Shown here in pieces: positions 38,850 to 51,334 of a stretch of DNA of 64,000 nt. Under the pieces are notes generated by a model. The model saw only the letters and a list, made by a program, of their open reading frames with translations. It searched no databases and was not told the DNA's origin. Position 1 is the first letter of the stretch. Each line of letters begins with the position of its first letter. Location of the stretch: contig LSRY02000042.1 in the NCBI GenBank assembly GCA_001643675.2, positions 558,001-622,000 of the forward strand. The letters run 5' to 3'. The DNA is from Monocercomonoides exilis PA203 (Eukaryota > Protista > Preaxostyla). The position numbers were made by a program, and so were the translations under genes.

Positions 38850-41800
38850 TCATTCTTTTTCCTTTGTCATCTTTTTTGATAGTTTCATCATCAATAATCT
38901 GCTTTCAATGTTTGTGAAAGAAGTGTCTTCTTTATCTGTTTCTTCTTCATCATTCTCCAAGTCAATTGCATCAGAGACTGTCAATGTTGTTGCTCCAGCT
39001 GGAAAGTGTCGAATGAACTCGCGCTTCAAAAGAGAAAGCATGGGCCGAGATGAAGGGTCTTGCGACAAACACAAACAAATCACATCAAACAATTGCGAGA
39101 ATCTCGCTCTTTCCACATCTGGCCTTTCTTTGGTGCAGATTTTATCTCCCGCCACTTCTGCAGGATACTCCACAAACGGGATCTCCAGTGTCAGGCACTC
39201 CCACACCATCATCCCAATCGAGAACGATACCGACTCCTTTGTCGCCCCCATCTTCTTGTTCACCAGCAGCTCAGGCGCCTTCCACCTCAAGCACTCCTTC
39301 CTGAAATCATCCTCATCCTCAAACGCTGATGAAGGCAGAGAGTCATCATCATCATCATCACTTGCAGATGTCACAACTGTTGTTGATGAGATCGATGAGG
39401 AATCTGAGTCTGAAGATGAGAAGTCTGAATGCATCACAATGCAGATCACCATGTGTTCTGAGAACAGCACAATGTGAGGACTGAGATTGGCAAGAGATGA
39501 GAGAGGATTCTCCATTTCGTCAAATGAATGGAGTGCCAGATTCGCCACCCAGAACAGGATCTGAGCAGCTGTCATTTCTCTCTCCTGGAGAGTGCCTATT
39601 GCCATCTCCTTTTTCTCGTTCCGCCCATGAAGCAGCATGAACAGTGAATCCCTCAGATCCACAATCAATTTTTCATGAGGCGATGAACAGGCCATTGCAT
39701 CCACCAGGTTCGACATAGAAGAGGTGGTGGGGCACATGCTCTCTGATCGAACAAAAGTGGTATCTGCGTCTGAAGTGTCAGTTGTTAAAGAAGATGAAGT
39801 GGATGGCGATGGTGTTCTCTTCCTTATCTCTTCTTCTTCAACCTTCTCAAGCATCCATTGGGGGATCTTGTCTGAATCTCTCCCCAGAATGTATTCGGTT
39901 GAACCACTCTCAGAAAGAAGATGTTCAGATGACTCCGAGTGCTCCATATTCGTCTCATGCACCCTCTTCTTTATTCTCTCTTCATTCTTCTTCTCTGCCT
40001 CCCTCTCTGCTCTTCGCCACTGCTCCTCTGGTGACATATCCATCGTCACCATCTCAAACGCCTTCGGATCCTTTCTCGCTGTGTCATTCACAATCTCTCT
40101 CAAATCTTTTGCTTCATTCTTCACCTTCTTCCATCGAACAGCCAGAACAATGGCAACTATAAGAACAATCAACAAAATTATTACTAACACAATAATAATT
40201 ACTGTTGAAGAAGAACCATATCCTTTTCCACTTTCAACAAGTTTTTCATCTCCATTCATCTTTGCTTCGCTTGTATTCTTCAGAATGAATGATTGAGTTG
40301 ATGAAGAAGATTCAGTATTCCCAAATAAAATATGAACACTCACTTCTATTTCATCTCCACAACTGCTAATGAGATCTTTTGCCACACTCCCTTCAACTTG
40401 TGTTTCTGATATAAATCCATTTGAGTCAAAATCATATTTTTCAATCTCTTTCTCTTCTCCCTTCCTCTTCACAATTGAGAATGACAGATTGCATGGAATA
40501 AGTAGCATTCCTTTGAATATCAACTTCATTCTATTAGCCTCTTCTTTAACTTCCACACTCTCCAACACGGGAATGAAGAATGATGAATCCCTTTCTGAAA
40601 CAATCCCTTCAAAACTGCACCCTTCATTCAATATCCACAACGATGTATTTCTTTCCCATCCATCTCCACCTTTCACACTCACAACATTCAACTCCCCATC
40701 CCCTTCACAAATCACATTCCTTCTGGCTGATGGATATCCATCAATTGATGGGTTGTTGTTCTCAAATTCTCCTTTCTCAATCTTCACACTCCCTCCACTC
40801 ACCCACAACCCCCCTACTTTGCTCTTCGCAATCATTGTTTCCTTCATCTCTATTTTGCTCTTCTCAACATCAACCAATGACCCATTCCATTTGCACAATC
40901 CCTCTTTTCTATCGTTTTCTTCATTGATTAACTCAATTTCTTTTTCTCCATCAAACACACATGCCTCAATTCTCACATCCTTGGAATTCTTGATCTGTAT
41001 CATCCTTCCATTGTCCATCGAATTCACCCATTTTCCAAATGAGCTGTTCAGCATGCTCACCTCTTGCTCGGCATCTTCTATTGCAATTGCACATCCATTC
41101 AACAGAAGAGTCACATTCTCAACTTCCATCTCTTTCATCACCACTTTTGCTTTTCCTTCAGCACTCACAACATCCCCCTCACATTCGATATTCAAAATTC
41201 TTGCTTCATCAATTGTCACTTCTGATACTTCATGAAATGAAAGAATTGATCTTGTTGAACGAATATCCCTGAATATTGTTTCTGATATCTTCAGCTCTCC
41301 ACTTTCCGCACTCACAATTGAACTATTTAACTTCATCTCAACAGTTGTTGTTGAAGAGAAGAACTCACATTTTTGGATCTCCGTTGACCCGTTTTTCACT
41401 TTCATGAGACAATTGTGAATTGACTCAAATCCATCTTCAAACTGGAATGAGCATCTCTCCAAGGAACATTCATTTATAAGCTCCATGATGCAACTCTTTT
41501 CTCCAGATTTCACTATTTCTGACTTCAACTTCACAATTGCCTGCGCTTTTTTGAATGAATTCACATTTAGATCTCTAATCACACATTGGCCCGAAACAAT
41601 TCCTTCATCGTCGATCAGAATTGCATTCATCACCCCTTCCTGAATGTGATCAACCCCCCAGTTGATGCTCTTGCATGGATTGCTCTGAGACCCGCATCCC
41701 CTCCCATCACTCCCTCTCCCACTCACAAACACCTGTGCCGAATAATAGAATGTGATCAGCGGAATCAGATCAACATCTCCCTCACTCGAAGCATCCCTCC

Positions 41801-44800
41801 CACAGATCGAGTTGTTCGAGTTCAGCGACTCCTGGTTGTAGTTTAGTGCAAACAGTGTTTCGTTGATCTGGCGCTCAATCGAGTGGCATCTGACAAATAT
41901 GTCTTTCCCCACATGTGCCTCATTCAAATAAAACAGGATGTTCGCAATCTTGAAATTCAGAGATGGAATTTGACTTTCATTTCCATAATTGGTTTGAAGA
42001 TCAGATCCATCAATAAACAGACCTCCACCGCGCCCTGATACTGTCGAGCATTTGCATATCGAAAATGAGCTTCCATTCACTTTCAAAACAGATTCTTCAC
42101 CATTCAGTACCACTTTCAATCCTCCTCCTTCTCTGCTCAAACCACTCTTACAGCTCGACATCGAACACTCATCAATTACACACTCCACTCCGTTTTCAAA
42201 TGACCCCACTTCAATAACACTTGCTCCATTCCCTTCGTTTGTGATATTGGAAAATAAACATCCGACAACCCTCAAAACTGGTCTGGAGCAATTTGCATTT
42301 GAATGAGTGTTTTCCTTTCCTTTCATCTGGTTTTTATCATCTATCATCGATATCAGACTTCTTTCAATCACACTAGCAAATAAAATGTTAACATTCTGAA
42401 CAGTCACCTCAGCGGCACTTGGGCTGAAGGCAATCAACCCTTTCAATTCATTGATATTATTCAGCGTGCAACTCTGAATTGCAGCGCTTCCTCCGTTCAC
42501 TTTTAGGATGCAATATTCAAATCTTTCTTCCATCCCACTCGATGACCCAAATGAACAATCCGTGATCGACAAGACTGTATTTGTTCCAAAGGATTCTATG
42601 AACACTTCATGATGGGTTGTGATAGTTGGTTTTGTGAATGACACATTGATAAATAACAGGCTCATATTCGATGATATCATTGAATCATTCAAATAATTCT
42701 CATCTTCATCGCATATTGTCACGCTTGTTCCTTTCTTTGTTCCTTCAATAACCACTTGTGGCAACTCTGAATTTTGTGAAACTGGCGGCAATAAAGAAGA
42801 AAATGATGTGGAATGGCTCAATAATCCTGATCTCACAATCCTGATGTGCGTTTTCCCTTCTCTAAGTGGTTCATATCTCAGTGATATCAAGTAGTCAATC
42901 GATGAGCATGGTGCTTCTGAATACCCACACCCACTGAAGTCTCCTCCTTTCTCTCGAGAAACAAACCCATTCCCACTCCAGTTCCTCCACAAATACACAA
43001 CCAATGGAATCACATATCCCTCCTCTCCTGTCGTCTTCCTCTCCCATCCACACAACTCATCCAATGATCCCAACTCCTGTGAACTCATCTCCCATTTCAA
43101 GTGCTCCTTCTTCACAATCTCTCTCAGATCCCGCCCTGAAGCAAACATATTCTTCCCTTTCCACCCATCACATCCCTCAAATGCCATTCCTTCCATCACA
43201 AATGTTCCCATTTGATCAGGTAGCTTCACAAACATCCCTCCTCCCATTCCTCTTCCTCCCTCTTCTCTGTCCTCTGTTGGCACTTCACACCCAGAATATT
43301 TCACTCCTTTCACTCTCAATGTTCCTCCGCTTCCAACTGATATCATCATCCCTCCCCCTTTCATTCCATTTCCACCTGAACATGTTGAGGATATATTGCT
43401 TTCTTCAATTTTCACATTCCCATTAACCCCCATCCCAACATTCAAACATCCCCCTCCTCCATTTCCACCTGCAACTTCCACCTCCACTCCACTCACTCTG
43501 CTGTTCAATATCTCCAATTGCACTCCACTTGTCATCGTTATTGGTGATTTCCCATTCACTGTCAGTGTCACTCCACTTTCCATCACAAATCCATCAACAA
43601 CCAGATTCCCTCCTGCCATCTCAATGATACTGTATCCGATCTTTCCACTTGTCAATGCCCCACTCTCAAATGAGACTGAACAGTTCGTCACACTGAGTGT
43701 TGATGTTGAGTGAATGAATGCACTTCTTGAATTCAACTGACCTTTCACAACAAATGAAAGTCTCCTCATTGTCAGTGAACTCGAACATCCAACAAGCCAT
43801 TCTTGTGTGGCTGATCCTTCATCACTCACATCCACTTGCATCATCTCCTCCTCCTCCTCTGATGATGTTGTTCTGCCTGAAATTATCACACCAATTGAAG
43901 ATATTTCAATTTCATCCTTTATTGACGAAGATGAGACAATTTCAATTTCATTCACATTTTCACTCATTCTTAAGTTCACACAATAATCAACTGTCAAGCA
44001 GCCAAACTCTTCGAATCCACATCGATTGTGGTCCTTCCCATTTCCCCCACTCCCATCAACAAGCACTTTTGTACCCATTGTGCACAAATACACAAACAGT
44101 GGAATCACTCCATTTTCATCCCCATTTTCACTCCCACTCAACCTCAACACATCTGATGGAATTGTACTTGTGTCAATAAAGGTAAATGTGTCTGTATTCA
44201 CTTTTGACTCCAACAGCACACCAATCCCACAACTCACAAACACATCCTTCCCATATGAGGCCACATTCTTCTTCACTTTCGAAAACTCAACATTATCTCT
44301 AATTGTCAATCCACATTCTCCACTCTCCGTCCCCACAAATATCCCTCCTCCTCTCCCTTCGTTTCCTCCATTTTTCTCTGCTTTGCATCCATCAATCGAA
44401 CTTGTTCCACTCACAACCACTTCTCCATCTCCTGCCAAATGCACGTTCATTCCTCCTCCATTTCCATCCTCACACTCGCAATCTTCGATTGTCACATTCT
44501 GAACAACGAATATTTCCCCTTCCTTCACACTCTTTGCCATAACCACACCATCTCCACTTGTCAACTTCACATCTGTCACTGTCACATTCGCCAGCTCTTT
44601 ATCTCCAGATGCCTTGGATGTCATGAACAGTGCAGACGAAAAAGAAGAAGAAGAAGATAGATCAGGTTCAGAGAACAATGGTTTTGAGACATTCATATCT
44701 TTGATCTCCACATCAATTATCGACAGTTGCGACAGCGGAACCACAAACACTGATGAAGACATCACATATTCTCCTGTTTTGCTCGTGGTGATCACAACAT

Positions 44801-47048
44801 CCTCCAATGAGAGTGACCCACCTCCATCAGACACCACAACCACACTCGGAGAAGGGCCTGCATTTGAGTTACAATCGACTTTCAAATGACTCATTCCAAG
44901 ATGACCTGTCGACACGCTGAACAGCTCTCTTGTTGATGAAAGTGCCCCTGTTCCAATCGAACTTAATCCCCTTCCCTTCCCAATGACTGTAATCTTCTTT
45001 GATCCAATATCAATTGTTGACGACTCGCTTTGATGATTCCCTTCCATCAGCGTGACTGACAGGCTCACCTGTAACATGCTCCGAATGACTGCAACGCCAA
45101 TAGTTCTGCATGCACTTGTCTCATCCAGTCCACACAGATCATCTTCACCACCACCACTCACGGCCACAAACCGATTGAGAATCCCTCTCTTCAGCCAATT
45201 CCTCTTTTCTGTGTGCTGATATGTCCAAGCACTTGCATTTGCATAATTGTATGAGTAGCACATTCTCTTGTTATCTGTGTTTGTTGTGCAACACTCATAA
45301 AATGGATTTCCTGAATCCAAATGGACATTGTAATAATCAACATATTCAATATCATGCCCATATGGATTGGATGTGATTTTGCAACTGCAATTGTGAAAGA
45401 ACAAAAAATAACAATAAAATTCCTCATTCGGTACTATTTCTTTAAATGGTTCCAGATATAATCCTCCGCCACTTGACACAGCTGTGCATGAAATAAACTT
45501 TATGTTCCTCATTTTGAATTGATAAGGAACATTGTAACAACGCACACCTCCTCCAAAATAATTTGTAACCGAACATGAAGTGAAACTGCAGTCAAACACA
45601 CACGCACTTCCCCCTTCTCCATTTTCTGCTTCAACACATCCTGTTCCCGAAACCTGGAAATTTTCAAGAAAAAGTCCTCCTCCGCGACTGTTTGCAGTGC
45701 AATTCTGGAATTCACATCCGCTGACCCGAACACACGATGAAATCGTATTAACAAACATCCCTCCTCCAAAGCGATTTTGTCCTTTGCAAGAATTGAAAAA
45801 ACTGTGTTCAATCTCAACCGAACTGATTCCAAAGCACATGACCCCTCCTCCAGCATAATGAGCATAGCAATCATTGAGTGAACAATGCGAAACTGTTAGT
45901 TCTCCTGAATTGAGGTTATACATTCGAATTGCTCCACCATTCGAAGAGCCATCGGCATAATCATCTTTGCTTCCATTAGCCTTCGATCCATCCCATTCAC
46001 ACCAAGTGAATGAATTCACTCCATCGAATGTTTCGTTCTGCCTCCCTGGAGTCAGTTTATTGGTTTCAGTTCCAATGCACTCAACGTTTCTTGCCCTGCA
46101 ACACCCTATGAATGAGGTGTTTGAGGCTGTCAAAGAGGCATAGGGGTTGTTCAGAGAGGGGATAATCCCGCCATTATATGCATCACACACTGATGAGAAT
46201 GAGCAGCTGTTCATCAGGCATGTGGTTTGGATTGACGTAGCGGATTGAGGTGAGCACGCATCATTTGCTGTTGAAATATTAAAAAATGTCAGATGAGAGA
46301 GGGAAATAAGATAAATGAAGGATGAAGAAAGGAATGGGGTTGACGACACACAAAAAGAAGAGAAATGGGATGAACAAACAGAAACAAAGCATTTTTCTGA
46401 ATGAACCCCTTCAACTGGCTTTGAAGAAAACAGAGAAGGAAATGTCTGCAAAAATGTGGTTGAAGAGAACCTGAGTGAAATGTTGGTGAACAGCCCACAA
46501 CTTCCACTCAAGCAAATCGGAGATGTTTCGCTCAATGGCACAACTTCACAATCATTTAATTCAACAAAACTTCCATCGACAACTTCAACAACATTTGTCT
46601 TATTATGTTGAATCATCCCTAATGATTTGATCTTCATTGAAGAATTAATCAGAACAAAACATCCTTCAATCTCACTTTCTTCAAATTTTCTTATAATTTT
46701 CCTCATGTCTCCTTCATTATGAAAATGTTCATCATTCAAATTCTTAAATTGATTTCCTCTCCCAATTCGGATGTTTCTTTCATCTTCCATTTTTTGATTG
46801 TTTTTCTTTGATTTTTCTTGTTTTTCATCTTTTTCTATTCCACCTTCATTCCCTTCAACAAACATTTCTATCATGTTTTTATCTCCATTCTTATCATTTG
46901 GAAGGAGATCAAACAAAGAGTTTCCCGAAAAATCTGTTTCACTTTCAATCATTGATTCCTCCACCAGCTCTGCTTCATCATTTGTGCCACTATTGCATAG
47001 GCATTGCACACATATTATGTACACAAAACAACATATTCCTGACAGCAT
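38850..47048 (-). CDS. Single-pass receptor-like protein: signal peptide, GGG/Cys-rich beta-helix-like ectodomain, TM, degenerate kinase C-lobe
   Basis: Intronless 2732-aa ORF with an N-terminal hydrophobic stretch and repeated GGA/GGG motifs. It has four FV..G.D...CG....C.(S/T)(I/V) modules and the TM segment VIIIVLVIILLIVLIVAIVLAV. RWKAPELL, SFSIGMMVWECLTLEIPF and DPSSRP match kinase subdomains VIII-XI. Confidence 0.88.
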   Translation of the reverse strand: MLSGICCFVYIICVQCLCNSGTNDEAELVEESMIESETDFSGNSLFDLLPNDKNGDKNMIEMFVEGNEGGIEKDEKQEKSKKNNQKMEDERNIRIGRGNQFKNLNDEHFHNEGDMRKIIRKFEESEIEGCFVLINSSMKIKSLGMIQHNKTNVVEVVDGSFVELNDCEVVPLSETSPICLSGSCGLFTNISLRFSSTTFLQTFPSLFSSKPVEGVHSEKCFVSVCSSHFSSFCVSSTPFLSSSFIYLISLSHLTFFNISTANDACSPQSATSIQTTCLMNSCSFSSVCDAYNGGIIPSLNNPYASLTASNTSFIGCCRARNVECIGTETNKLTPGRQNETFDGVNSFTWCEWDGSKANGSKDDYADGSSNGGAIRMYNLNSGELTVSHCSLNDCYAHYAGGGVMCFGISSVEIEHSFFNSCKGQNRFGGGMFVNTISSCVRVSGCEFQNCTANSRGGGLFLENFQVSGTGCVEAENGEGGSACVFDCSFTSCSVTNYFGGGVRCYNVPYQFKMRNIKFISCTAVSSGGGLYLEPFKEIVPNEEFYCYFLFFHNCSCKITSNPYGHDIEYVDYYNVHLDSGNPFYECCTTNTDNKRMCYSYNYANASAWTYQHTEKRNWLKRGILNRFVAVSGGGEDDLCGLDETSACRTIGVAVIRSMLQVSLSVTLMEGNHQSESSTIDIGSKKITVIGKGRGLSSIGTGALSSTRELFSVSTGHLGMSHLKVDCNSNAGPSPSVVVVSDGGGSLSLEDVVITTSKTGEYVMSSSVFVVPLSQLSIIDVEIKDMNVSKPLFSEPDLSSSSSFSSALFMTSKASGDKELANVTVTDVKLTSGDGVVMAKSVKEGEIFVVQNVTIEDCECEDGNGGGMNVHLAGDGEVVVSGTSSIDGCKAEKNGGNEGRGGGIFVGTESGECGLTIRDNVEFSKVKKNVASYGKDVFVSCGIGVLLESKVNTDTFTFIDTSTIPSDVLRLSGSENGDENGVIPLFVYLCTMGTKVLVDGSGGNGKDHNRCGFEEFGCLTVDYCVNLRMSENVNEIEIVSSSSIKDEIEISSIGVIISGRTTSSEEEEEMMQVDVSDEGSATQEWLVGCSSSLTMRRLSFVVKGQLNSRSAFIHSTSTLSVTNCSVSFESGALTSGKIGYSIIEMAGGNLVVDGFVMESGVTLTVNGKSPITMTSGVQLEILNSRVSGVEVEVAGGNGGGGCLNVGMGVNGNVKIEESNISSTCSGGNGMKGGGMMISVGSGGTLRVKGVKYSGCEVPTEDREEGGRGMGGGMFVKLPDQMGTFVMEGMAFEGCDGWKGKNMFASGRDLREIVKKEHLKWEMSSQELGSLDELCGWERKTTGEEGYVIPLVVYLWRNWSGNGFVSREKGGDFSGCGYSEAPCSSIDYLISLRYEPLREGKTHIRIVRSGLLSHSTSFSSLLPPVSQNSELPQVVIEGTKKGTSVTICDEDENYLNDSMISSNMSLLFINVSFTKPTITTHHEVFIESFGTNTVLSITDCSFGSSSGMEERFEYCILKVNGGSAAIQSCTLNNINELKGLIAFSPSAAEVTVQNVNILFASVIERSLISMIDDKNQMKGKENTHSNANCSRPVLRVVGCLFSNITNEGNGASVIEVGSFENGVECVIDECSMSSCKSGLSREGGGLKVVLNGEESVLKVNGSSFSICKCSTVSGRGGGLFIDGSDLQTNYGNESQIPSLNFKIANILFYLNEAHVGKDIFVRCHSIERQINETLFALNYNQESLNSNNSICGRDASSEGDVDLIPLITFYYSAQVFVSGRGSDGRGCGSQSNPCKSINWGVDHIQEGVMNAILIDDEGIVSGQCVIRDLNVNSFKKAQAIVKLKSEIVKSGEKSCIMELINECSLERCSFQFEDGFESIHNCLMKVKNGSTEIQKCEFFSSTTTVEMKLNSSIVSAESGELKISETIFRDIRSTRSILSFHEVSEVTIDEARILNIECEGDVVSAEGKAKVVMKEMEVENVTLLLNGCAIAIEDAEQEVSMLNSSFGKWVNSMDNGRMIQIKNSKDVRIEACVFDGEKEIELINEENDRKEGLCKWNGSLVDVEKSKIEMKETMIAKSKVGGLWVSGGSVKIEKGEFENNNPSIDGYPSARRNVICEGDGELNVVSVKGGDGWERNTSLWILNEGCSFEGIVSERDSSFFIPVLESVEVKEEANRMKLIFKGMLLIPCNLSFSIVKRKGEEKEIEKYDFDSNGFISETQVEGSVAKDLISSCGDEIEVSVHILFGNTESSSSTQSFILKNTSEAKMNGDEKLVESGKGYGSSSTVIIIVLVIILLIVLIVAIVLAVRWKKVKNEAKDLREIVNDTARKDPKAFEMVTMDMSPEEQWRRAEREAEKKNEERIKKRVHETNMEHSESSEHLLSESGSTEYILGRDSDKIPQWMLEKVEEEEIRKRTPSPSTSSSLTTDTSDADTTFVRSESMCPTTSSMSNLVDAMACSSPHEKLIVDLRDSLFMLLHGRNEKKEMAIGTLQEREMTAAQILFWVANLALHSFDEMENPLSSLANLSPHIVLFSEHMVICIVMHSDFSSSDSDSSSISSTTVVTSASDDDDDDSLPSSAFEDEDDFRKECLRWKAPELLVNKKMGATKESVSFSIGMMVWECLTLEIPFVEYPAEVAGDKICTKERPDVERARFSQLFDVICLCLSQDPSSRPMLSLLKREFIRHFPAGATTLTVSDAIDLENDEEETDKEDTSFTNIESRLLMMKLSKKMTKEKE

Positions 47049-48293
47049 AGGAACTTATCCGCACTTTGAAAACGCTTTTCTTTTTTTCCGGATTTTCTCT
47101 TTATTAGTATGGGTGCAATATTTATTGTATAAAAGAAAGAAAGAAAAAATCATATCCTGTTTTTCAAAATAAAAGATTATTTCATTTTATAAACTGTGAT
47201 GAATTTTGAATGAGTGAAAATTTCGTTTTCATTTGATCATTTGAATAATACAAAATGATTGGCTGAAAATGTTGATGTTCTGATATTTTCATTAATACAA
47301 AGAGAGAAGCTGTAATACGCATTCATCCTGTCATTATATTTGTTTTTAATCATCTGAGCCAATTTTTCATTTTTCAAATGTGGTAAGAGTTGGAGAAGCA
47401 TTATTCATTTTGGAATTCATTTATCCGAGGAACGGACGAGGTTTGTGCAGCGGAAGTTTTTTGAAGATACTTTTCATAATTTGTTTTCTGATGTTTGTGA
47501 TATTTTTGCGTTTTCGGTCATTGGAGGCATTTTGGAATGGTTGTTTCTTGATTGTTGTTTTCTGAAGCGTTGGATGGCTGAAATGGAACATTCTCGTCCA
47601 ATGAGATGGAAAGTGTGGAATCTATTCATATGAGATATTTCACTGGACGTTTCATTCATTATTTTGATTTTATTTTGCAAACAGGGCAGAAAATCATACA
47701 ATTTGAGAGAAGAAGGAAAATGGTGAAAGGCTGAACTGGCCAAAAATGGATGATTTTGGTAAAGGTAAAGAGACCTCAGAAAAGAATGCAATTGTCAACG
47801 ATTATCTGTTGAATGTTTATTTTATTTGAATTAATTCATGAAAATTTTTATTGTTTTGTTGTCAATTATGCTTTGGATTGGAAATTTTTCATTTGTTTTT
47901 ATCTTCATATTCTTATGCCACAAGGAAATGGAATTCATTTAACACATTTTCTTTCAGATTTCTTTTTGGAGATGACATTTTTGGGAAAAGACAGAAAGAC
48001 AGAGAAAAAACGAAGAATGAGGAAATACAGAGGAACGAAAGAGATAAGGACGGGAAAGGGGAAATGAAGTTGAGGAAAAGCATATGATGAAGGAGAATCA
48101 GAATGGAAGATATTTTTTGAGGAAAGATCTGAATCGGAGAAAGGCAAATAGAAATGATGATGATGATGTTTCACAAAAAAAGAGAGCAGCCACTGAAGAA
48201 GATTTATTAATTTCAGATTTGATGAACCAACATTTATCAGTTTGGCTTGAAAGAGGAAAAAAAAAAAATAATAAATGTGGATGAATCATAATA

Positions 48294-49090
48294 TTGGTTT
48301 ATTTAACTGTATTCTGTAGAGAAGGGGAAAAAAGACGGAATTTTTGCTGTGGAAGTGTTTCTTCTTCCTCTTTCTCCTCATTCGTGTCTGAGTGTCCTGA
48401 GATGCTGCCTCGTCTCTTCTTGTTTTTCCTCCATCCACTTCATTCTATTCGGCTGGCGTCTGTCAAATCGCTTCTTCATCTTCTTTTTCCGGCAAATTCT
48501 TCTTCCTCTTCTTCTAACAAAAATGATGCTCCATTCTTTCCTTATTCTTCTTCTTCCTCTTCTTCTTCATCATCCTCATCATTTTCATCATTCTCATCTT
48601 CTTCTTCTTCTATTTCTCTTTCTCCATCCAATCTTCAATCACAAACAGATCAACGAACTTCTTCTCAAAATTCTCAAAATGAGTCAAACATACACATGAC
48701 AATTGAAAATGTTTCTATCACTTCACCGTTATCTTCCTCTTCCTCTTCTTCTTCCTCCACTTCCTCTTCTTCCTCTTCACATCATCTCAAACAATCTTCT
48801 CTAATTTCATTGCGTTCCTCTCCATTTGGCCTTCGCTCTTCTTCTTGTTCATCTTTCTCTTCCTCTTCCTCCTCTTCCTCCTCTTCCTCTTCCTCCTCTT
48901 CCTCTTCCTCTTCCTCTTCCTCCTCTTCCTCTTCCTCTTCCTCTTCCTCTTCTTCTTCTTAATCTGCATCACCTTCAACATCACCCTTATTGACTTCTTC
49001 TGATACTTCGTTCGAATCACATCCAATGGCATCGACAATTCCTTCTTCATAAATCATCACGGACTCAAGGAATATTTGCAGAGTCTGAAT
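48294..49090 (+). pseudogene. Poly-Ser gene fragment
   Basis: The Ser-rich frame continues past an in-frame TAA at 48960-48962 and hits further stops. A (TCTTCC)n tract lies at 48856-48960. Confidence 0.4.
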
Positions 49091-51249
49091 GGAAAACAAA
49101 CAGCCCGATAAAAGATGGGCTCAGCTTACAAGGAAGGCGATGCCTAAGAGGTGGATGATGGAGAAGAAATGAAGGTGGCCATGCAGCAAAACATTTTGAA
49201 TGATCTGAAGACAAACTTCCCGAATTTCCTTCTTTTTTTTATATTTTCTTCTTTATTTTTTTCGACAACTTTGAACAATTGATTAATATAACTTGTTTTG
49301 AGAATGAAAAATTTTTAAATATAAATTAATAATCAACAATTATATATTTGATAACTATCTTGTTATGCTATTATTTTTTTTAATCTGTGTTTTTTTTTAA
49401 AAATTGTTTATTTTCAACAAATATTTCAAGATCTCCAAAATAAATTTTAAAAATTTACTGCATTCACGTTATTAAACATGTATTTGCAAAATAAATTCAT
49501 TGATTTCATAATGATAATCATTTCATTCATGTTTTTGAAACCAGAAAACAAGTGTTTGGTTCTCTCAAATTTGAATTGATTTAAACTATTTCTTCTCCCT
49601 CTTTATCAAATCCATTCAATCACTCTTCCTTCAACAGAACTTACCTCAAAATCAATTCAAAAAGTTAAAAATGACAGCAGCAAACTTTCAGAAAGGTTGA
49701 AACCTGTTTCAATGTTGTATTCTTCTGATTATGTCATCATTCATCGCAATAATTCATTTTTCATTATTTTTTCAAAACTCTTTCATGAAGCTTCGCTGAC
49801 CATTCCTTTTCAGCCATATCCCACATTTGAATGAGTTGCTTTCCGACTTTCCGAAAAAAGTGAGACTCTTTTTTTCTTTCTCAAGAAATGTTTACACCAG
49901 ATGCACTACAAATCCATTTGTTTTGTTTCATTGGTAATGCTCTTTTCAGCATTCAAGAAATATTCTTCCAAGAAAAGAAGATATTCTCCTCTTTTTTGAA
50001 ACAAATCAGATTTTTTTGTCAATACAAATGAGATGGATGAAAATATCCTCACAACGAATTGAATAATATTAAATGCAAACGTTTATTGATTTTCATATTC
50101 ACAAAATAATTGTTGTGAATACTTTGTCGATCAAAAAATAAAATAATCAGACAGAATTCTATGGTTTGCATTGTCTTTTCTGTGATTTAATTAGCTCCAA
50201 GGAATAGCAAGAATATATAGAAGTGATACAACATTCATAAAATTCTCATTATGTTGTGAAAAAGCAACACAAATATCCATCAGATCTGAGAGTCCATTAT
50301 AATATAATTGAATAATCGGAAGCGCTGTATTTCTCTGTTGCTAGGAATCAAAAATGTCAACGCAAAGAAAAATGGTATGAGCGCTGATAATATTATAGTG
50401 ACTTTGAGATAAAATTTTGTAACAATTTCTTCTATCGAAGCATTTGTGAATTTCATATAAATTCTGAAAATAGCGTTGTTTTCTGAATGAAATTCTTCAC
50501 AAAAAATTCATAGAACGAACAACACTAAAATTTTCATGAGTTTGCATTTGTTGCTGCGTATTTATTCTTATTGTTTGGAATTTTTAATAGAACGCAGTGA
50601 GACAGGATTTGCTCCGTTTTGATGAGTTTTGATCTTTAATTATGTGTGGTTTGAGTGAAAACTTCGCCCTCCCAAATTACGTGGAAAAAAAGTGCGAGAT
50701 AAAAACAAAACAATAACATTAAAAATTGATTAATAAAATAATGCATTGTTAGCTTCATTCCACCATCGACTTCGCCTTTTCGCCTTGATCACGAAGACCA
50801 GAAGACAGGGGGCATTGCTCCTCGGAGCTCTCACTTGCAGGATGTACAGGGATCCGGTGAGGCGAAAGCTCAAAACGGAGAAGAAAGAAAAACCACTCTC
50901 GCTTTCACGAGGCGTGGAAAAGAAAACTGTCCATGCAGAACTCAGCCTCCTGCTTCTCTGTTGCATCAGCAGAGCAACCTCAATCATCACACACTGTGTG
51001 GGCTAGTCTGACTCTTCTGTGAAAAAAGCAATCGTTATCGTGTTGAGGAGAAAGCTTTTTGATTAAAACTGTTTATTCATCCTATTTGAATCTTTCCAGA
51101 TTCTAGGCGTACACTAATCACTTCTGGCGTTTGATCTTCTTTTCTTTCTTTCTATATCTCGCACTTTTTCCTCGTTTTCTCCCCACACACTTCTGGTTCA
51201 CATTTGCACACAGCCGCTTTGAGTCTCTCCATCCGCATTCCTATTATCT

Positions 51250-51334
51250 CGGAGCAACCTGTCTCACTGCGTTTTTATTAATTCTCAATGTGGCGAATCA
51301 ACAAACGCAAGGAGCAGGTTTGCTCCTCAATAAT
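51250..51334. repeat. DIRS internal complementary region (ICR)
   Basis: 51293-51334 is the exact 42-bp reverse complement of 56536-56577. 51250-51281 is an imperfect reverse complement of 50584-50616. Confidence 0.88.
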
